A stretch of 50,814 nucleotides of DNA from NCBI GenBank assembly GCA_050946255.1, contig JBMNUL010000003.1, positions 1-50,814 of the forward strand, given 5' to 3'. Both the position numbers and the translations under genes were made by a program. Positions within the stretch are counted from its first letter, which is position 1; each line of letters begins with the position of its first letter. Positions 47,824-50,814 of this stretch are shown here, piece by piece. Source of the DNA: Coriobacteriales bacterium. Its GTDB lineage: Bacteria > Actinomycetota > Coriobacteriia > Coriobacteriales > CADBOM01. Below the pieces are notes generated by a model, which ran no database searches, was not told the DNA's origin, and saw only the letters and a program-made list of their open reading frames with translations.

Positions 47824-49485
47824 CTACCACTCCCTCTCCATATGCAACCATGCGTTAACGCACTTGGAGGCAGTCTCAGCGTTAACCACGTTTTGCCCTC
47901 CAATAGCCAATAAATTATGACCATAATTACAACTAGGTCTTCTTTCTATTTGCGAACTGAAAAACCCTACTGCTTCCGCAGTCCCATGCCTGTTTGACAC
48001 GAACAGAACGGGGGCACCGAGCATGGATGCGGAGGCGGCATCCGCGAAACTCTCTCCTGCTGCGATGACGTATGTCTCTTCATGATCAGCCTCCACATCA
48101 TTCAGGCCTTCGTTCAAGCCGGCCCGTGCAATAAGAACGGCAGTCTCGTAGCGGTCCTTGCCGGCAGTTTCCCAGCACCAGTCCCCGTCCGAGCCATCTA
48201 GGCTCTGGGGATCGACCAGCGCCGAAACCTCGCCCCGAACGTCATCGGATACCGCAGCGGTCCCTCCGGCGACGAGCACCTCGTCGAAGCCACCGGATTC
48301 TAGAGTCGCGGCCAGCTCGCCGGTGATCGACTCGCCGTCGGTCAGCAGGATCGGGTAGTGGCAGTAGTACGAAATGCTGGACAGCGCGAGCGCGTCGGGG
48401 AAATCCTCACCCGTTGCGAGAAGCGCCATCTTCTTGCCCGCAGAGCTCTTCCAGCCGGCGAAGCCTGACGGATACTCGGGTCTCTGGTACCCGTTGGGAT
48501 TCGCCCACCCAGTGGAGGAATTGTCGTGCTCGACGTAGTTGTAAATCGACACCGCCGTGGCATACCTGTCGACGCCGCCAACCCTCTCCACTCTGCAGGA
48601 TTTGCCAGCAGCATTCCTGACCTCGGCGATCACTTCGTTGCTGACAGCAGACTCGCCGCCTACTACCAGCACCCTCGTGAAGGTGTGGGACTTGATATAG
48701 GCCGAGGTATCAGCTGGGAGAGAATCGGGCCTGGTTAGGAGGAGTGGAGCATGAAAGGCGCCAGCGAGCCCGGAGGCGCTCAGGGCATCCGGGAAGTTCT
48801 CGTCCGCGCCGGAGACCACAACGGCCACGGTGGAGGAGTCCGGGTTGCCGAACCCAGAGATAATATTGGCGACAGCAATGTTCGTCTTATACCTGTCGCT
48901 ACCGCTCCTTCGATAGAAACCACCGTCCATTATAGAAGCGGAGAAGTACTCTCTGGTGCTGACAAACTCGACCTCCGAATTTCCCCAAAGCCTCGCGGAA
49001 ACTTCTGACTCGCTGATAGACTCCGGGTACCAAAGTGTTATACACACCCCGTCGGACGTGCCGCCGGTTATTGACGCCAGCTTCCCGCCAATCTGCGACT
49101 CAAGCTTCAGGCAGAAGGTGTCCGGAATCCCCGGCTTTACCTTAACGGTAGCGAATTGGCTGGAGTATAATTTATCGTTCTCATCTACAGCGTAGTATGT
49201 TCTCGATGCTACCTCTTCGTCGTACCCAGGGTCTATGAACCTGTAGTAGTCAGAGGTTCTCTCGTAGTCATGTGGGACGTTCGCGGGGTCAGTCCCGTCT
49301 GAGTACGGGGGCAGGGCCGAAGCGCCCGCGGGGGCGAGGAGCAAGATGACGATTGCGAGCATCGCAAGAAAGGCTGCCAGGACGGGTGTGTGGACACCGG
49401 CCACCGCAGACACCCTGCAATCTTCATGGGGAGATTCAAACTCCCCTTCATGCAGGCGGTAATGTGAAGCATTAATTGTGTTCAT
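47824..49485 (-). CDS. Secreted protein with three cell wall binding repeat 2 (CWB2) domains
   Basis: Signal-like LAAFLAMLAIVILLLAPAGASA. CWB2 motifs GSDRYKTN..FPDALSAS..PLLLT, GVDRYATA..FPDALALS..PILLT and GKDRYETA..FADAASAS. Start uncertain. Confidence 0.85.
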   Translation of the reverse strand: MNTINASHYRLHEGEFESPHEDCRVSAVAGVHTPVLAAFLAMLAIVILLLAPAGASALPPYSDGTDPANVPHDYERTSDYYRFIDPGYDEEVASRTYYAVDENDKLYSSQFATVKVKPGIPDTFCLKLESQIGGKLASITGGTSDGVCITLWYPESISESEVSARLWGNSEVEFVSTREYFSASIMDGGFYRRSGSDRYKTNIAVANIISGFGNPDSSTVAVVVSGADENFPDALSASGLAGAFHAPLLLTRPDSLPADTSAYIKSHTFTRVLVVGGESAVSNEVIAEVRNAAGKSCRVERVGGVDRYATAVSIYNYVEHDNSSTGWANPNGYQRPEYPSGFAGWKSSAGKKMALLATGEDFPDALALSSISYYCHYPILLTDGESITGELAATLESGGFDEVLVAGGTAAVSDDVRGEVSALVDPQSLDGSDGDWCWETAGKDRYETAVLIARAGLNEGLNDVEADHEETYVIAAGESFADAASASMLGAPVLFVSNRHGTAEAVGFFSSQIERRPSCNYGHNLLAIGGQNVVNAETASKCVNAWLHMEREW

Positions 49486-49564
49486 TCTAACACCTCTCAG
49501 GTTTACGGCCGAGATGGCAGCTTGTGCCGCATCGGCCAAGAAACACCACGTTGGGCTGAATCTT

Positions 49565-50814
49565 TTACTTTACAGGCAGTTCCTGCGTCGACGCGACCGG
49601 CACGGTGACTACGCCGCTTTGTTGGCGGTCTCCCCATGCCCCCAGGATTTTTTCGACCGAGCTCGTCGATATGGCTGAGGTCCCACCCAAAACGTCGAAC
49701 TCTCTAATCACCCCTGCGTAGTCGCCGACGAAGTCATAGGCTGGTCCATCGGTCTGGTCATTCCCTGAAATCAGCACTATCGGATTCCTCATCGCAGAGG
49801 CCGAAGCAGCGTCGGCATACCCCGTCCCGACGGTGAACGATACGGCTTCTGGAGACATCCCTTCCAGAATGTCGAATCTAGACACCAAAACCGAGGTCTC
49901 GTACCTGGTAGCACCAGCAGCCTGCCAGCACCAGTCGACACCGGAATCCCGCGAGGAGATGTCGGCGGGGTCGACATACTCAGCAGCCACCGTGCGAACC
50001 GAGGGGGCTACGGCAGCGTCGCCGCCGACCACCAGCACCTCATCAAAGTTCCCATTGGCAAGCGCCACCAAAACGCTGTCGGACAAGGAAGTTCCATCGG
50101 TCAGGAAAACGGGGCAGTGGCCGAACGAAGACAGGCTCGAGACGGAGAGGGCGTCCGGGAAGTTGACTCCAGAAACGATTATCGCCATCTTCTTGCCCTC
50201 GGAGCTCTTCCATCCGGAGAAGTCGGAAGTGTAAAGCGAGGTCCTGTAACCGTCGGGATTGTACCACCCGGAGCTGGAGGAATCGTTGTTAACATAGTTG
50301 TAAACGGCGACCGCAGTGTCGTATCTAGTGCTTCCGGATATCCTCGTCACCCTTGATTTCCCACCGACCAAACTAGCTATCTGACTCGACGTTTTCGCGC
50401 TAACGGCACCCGTGCCGCCAACAATCAACACCCTCTTTACACCAAGCTCAGTCAGCAAGTCAGACGCAGTCGTAGAAAGGGATGACGGCGAAGTGAGGAT
50501 GACAGGTGCATCGTATGCTCCCGCGAGTCCAGCGGCGCAAATTGCGTCTGAAAAATTCTTGTCGTCCCCGGATATCACAACGGCAACGTCCGAAGAGGTG
50601 AACGAGTGGCTCACCACGGCCTTATTAGTATCATAGCGGGTCGATCCAGCGAGCCGGTGATAGTCAATTGTGACAGCTAGCCCGGCGTTCAGCAGACCGT
50701 CGCCAAATTGCGGATCGTGGCCACTGGCACCAAGGTCCTTTGCTGACGACCTAAGGATGGCCTCCACCTCCGCAGGGGTTATGCTCCCATATTTTTCATA
50801 CAAGAGGGCCGCAG
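49565..50814 (-). CDS. Partial (5'-truncated by the window edge) probable S8 subtilisin-like protease with three CWB2 domains
   Basis: TPAEVEAILRSSAKDLGASGHDPQFGDGLLNA resembles the C-terminus of a subtilase. It is followed by GSTRYDTN..FSDA, GSTRYDTA..FPDAL and GATRYETS..YADA. The frame stays open to the window end. Confidence 0.75.
   Translation of the reverse strand, partial: AALLYEKYGSITPAEVEAILRSSAKDLGASGHDPQFGDGLLNAGLAVTIDYHRLAGSTRYDTNKAVVSHSFTSSDVAVVISGDDKNFSDAICAAGLAGAYDAPVILTSPSSLSTTASDLLTELGVKRVLIVGGTGAVSAKTSSQIASLVGGKSRVTRISGSTRYDTAVAVYNYVNNDSSSSGWYNPDGYRTSLYTSDFSGWKSSEGKKMAIIVSGVNFPDALSVSSLSSFGHCPVFLTDGTSLSDSVLVALANGNFDEVLVVGGDAAVAPSVRTVAAEYVDPADISSRDSGVDWCWQAAGATRYETSVLVSRFDILEGMSPEAVSFTVGTGYADAASASAMRNPIVLISGNDQTDGPAYDFVGDYAGVIREFDVLGGTSAISTSSVEKILGAWGDRQQSGVVTVPVASTQELPVK

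Overview
A GC-rich bacterial chromosomal segment, most likely from an anaerobic actinobacterium of the class Coriobacteriia. This is inferred from the actinobacterial pyrR-pyrB-pyrC-carA-carB-pyrK-pyrD-pyrF-mihF-gmk-rpoZ synteny together with Firmicute-like genes (class B sortase, CWB2 proteins, pyrK). From about 15 kb onward it is mostly housekeeping on the minus strand: purN/purM/purF, purC, purB, an OmpR/HisKA two-component pair, cysK, holA-comEC-comEA, thiI, and a pyr operon with an intact PyrR attenuator. Two cell-wall-binding-repeat-2 (CWB2) proteins close the window. The left 15 kb is more accessory: a TetR gene with a clear operator palindrome upstream of a fused PlsA/PlsR-type (anaerobic plasmalogen synthase-like) enzyme, an orphan gene, a Crp/Fnr regulator and a DUF711 gene. 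The best candidate for an undescribed system is a plus-strand three-gene operon (7199-12539). It encodes a cytoplasmic BspA-type LRR protein, a DUF2201-like zincin/acidic-linker/vWA protein whose HExxH lacks the Glu, and a MoxR-type AAA+ ATPase, which resembles a sensor-adaptor-remodeller ternary system. Intergenic regions repeatedly contain short, degenerate tandem duplications, including a 33-bp array that keeps an 11-aa-repeat ORF open. No rRNA, tRNA, CRISPR array, integrase or transposase was recognised. All family assignments come from motif reading and recall, not database searches.
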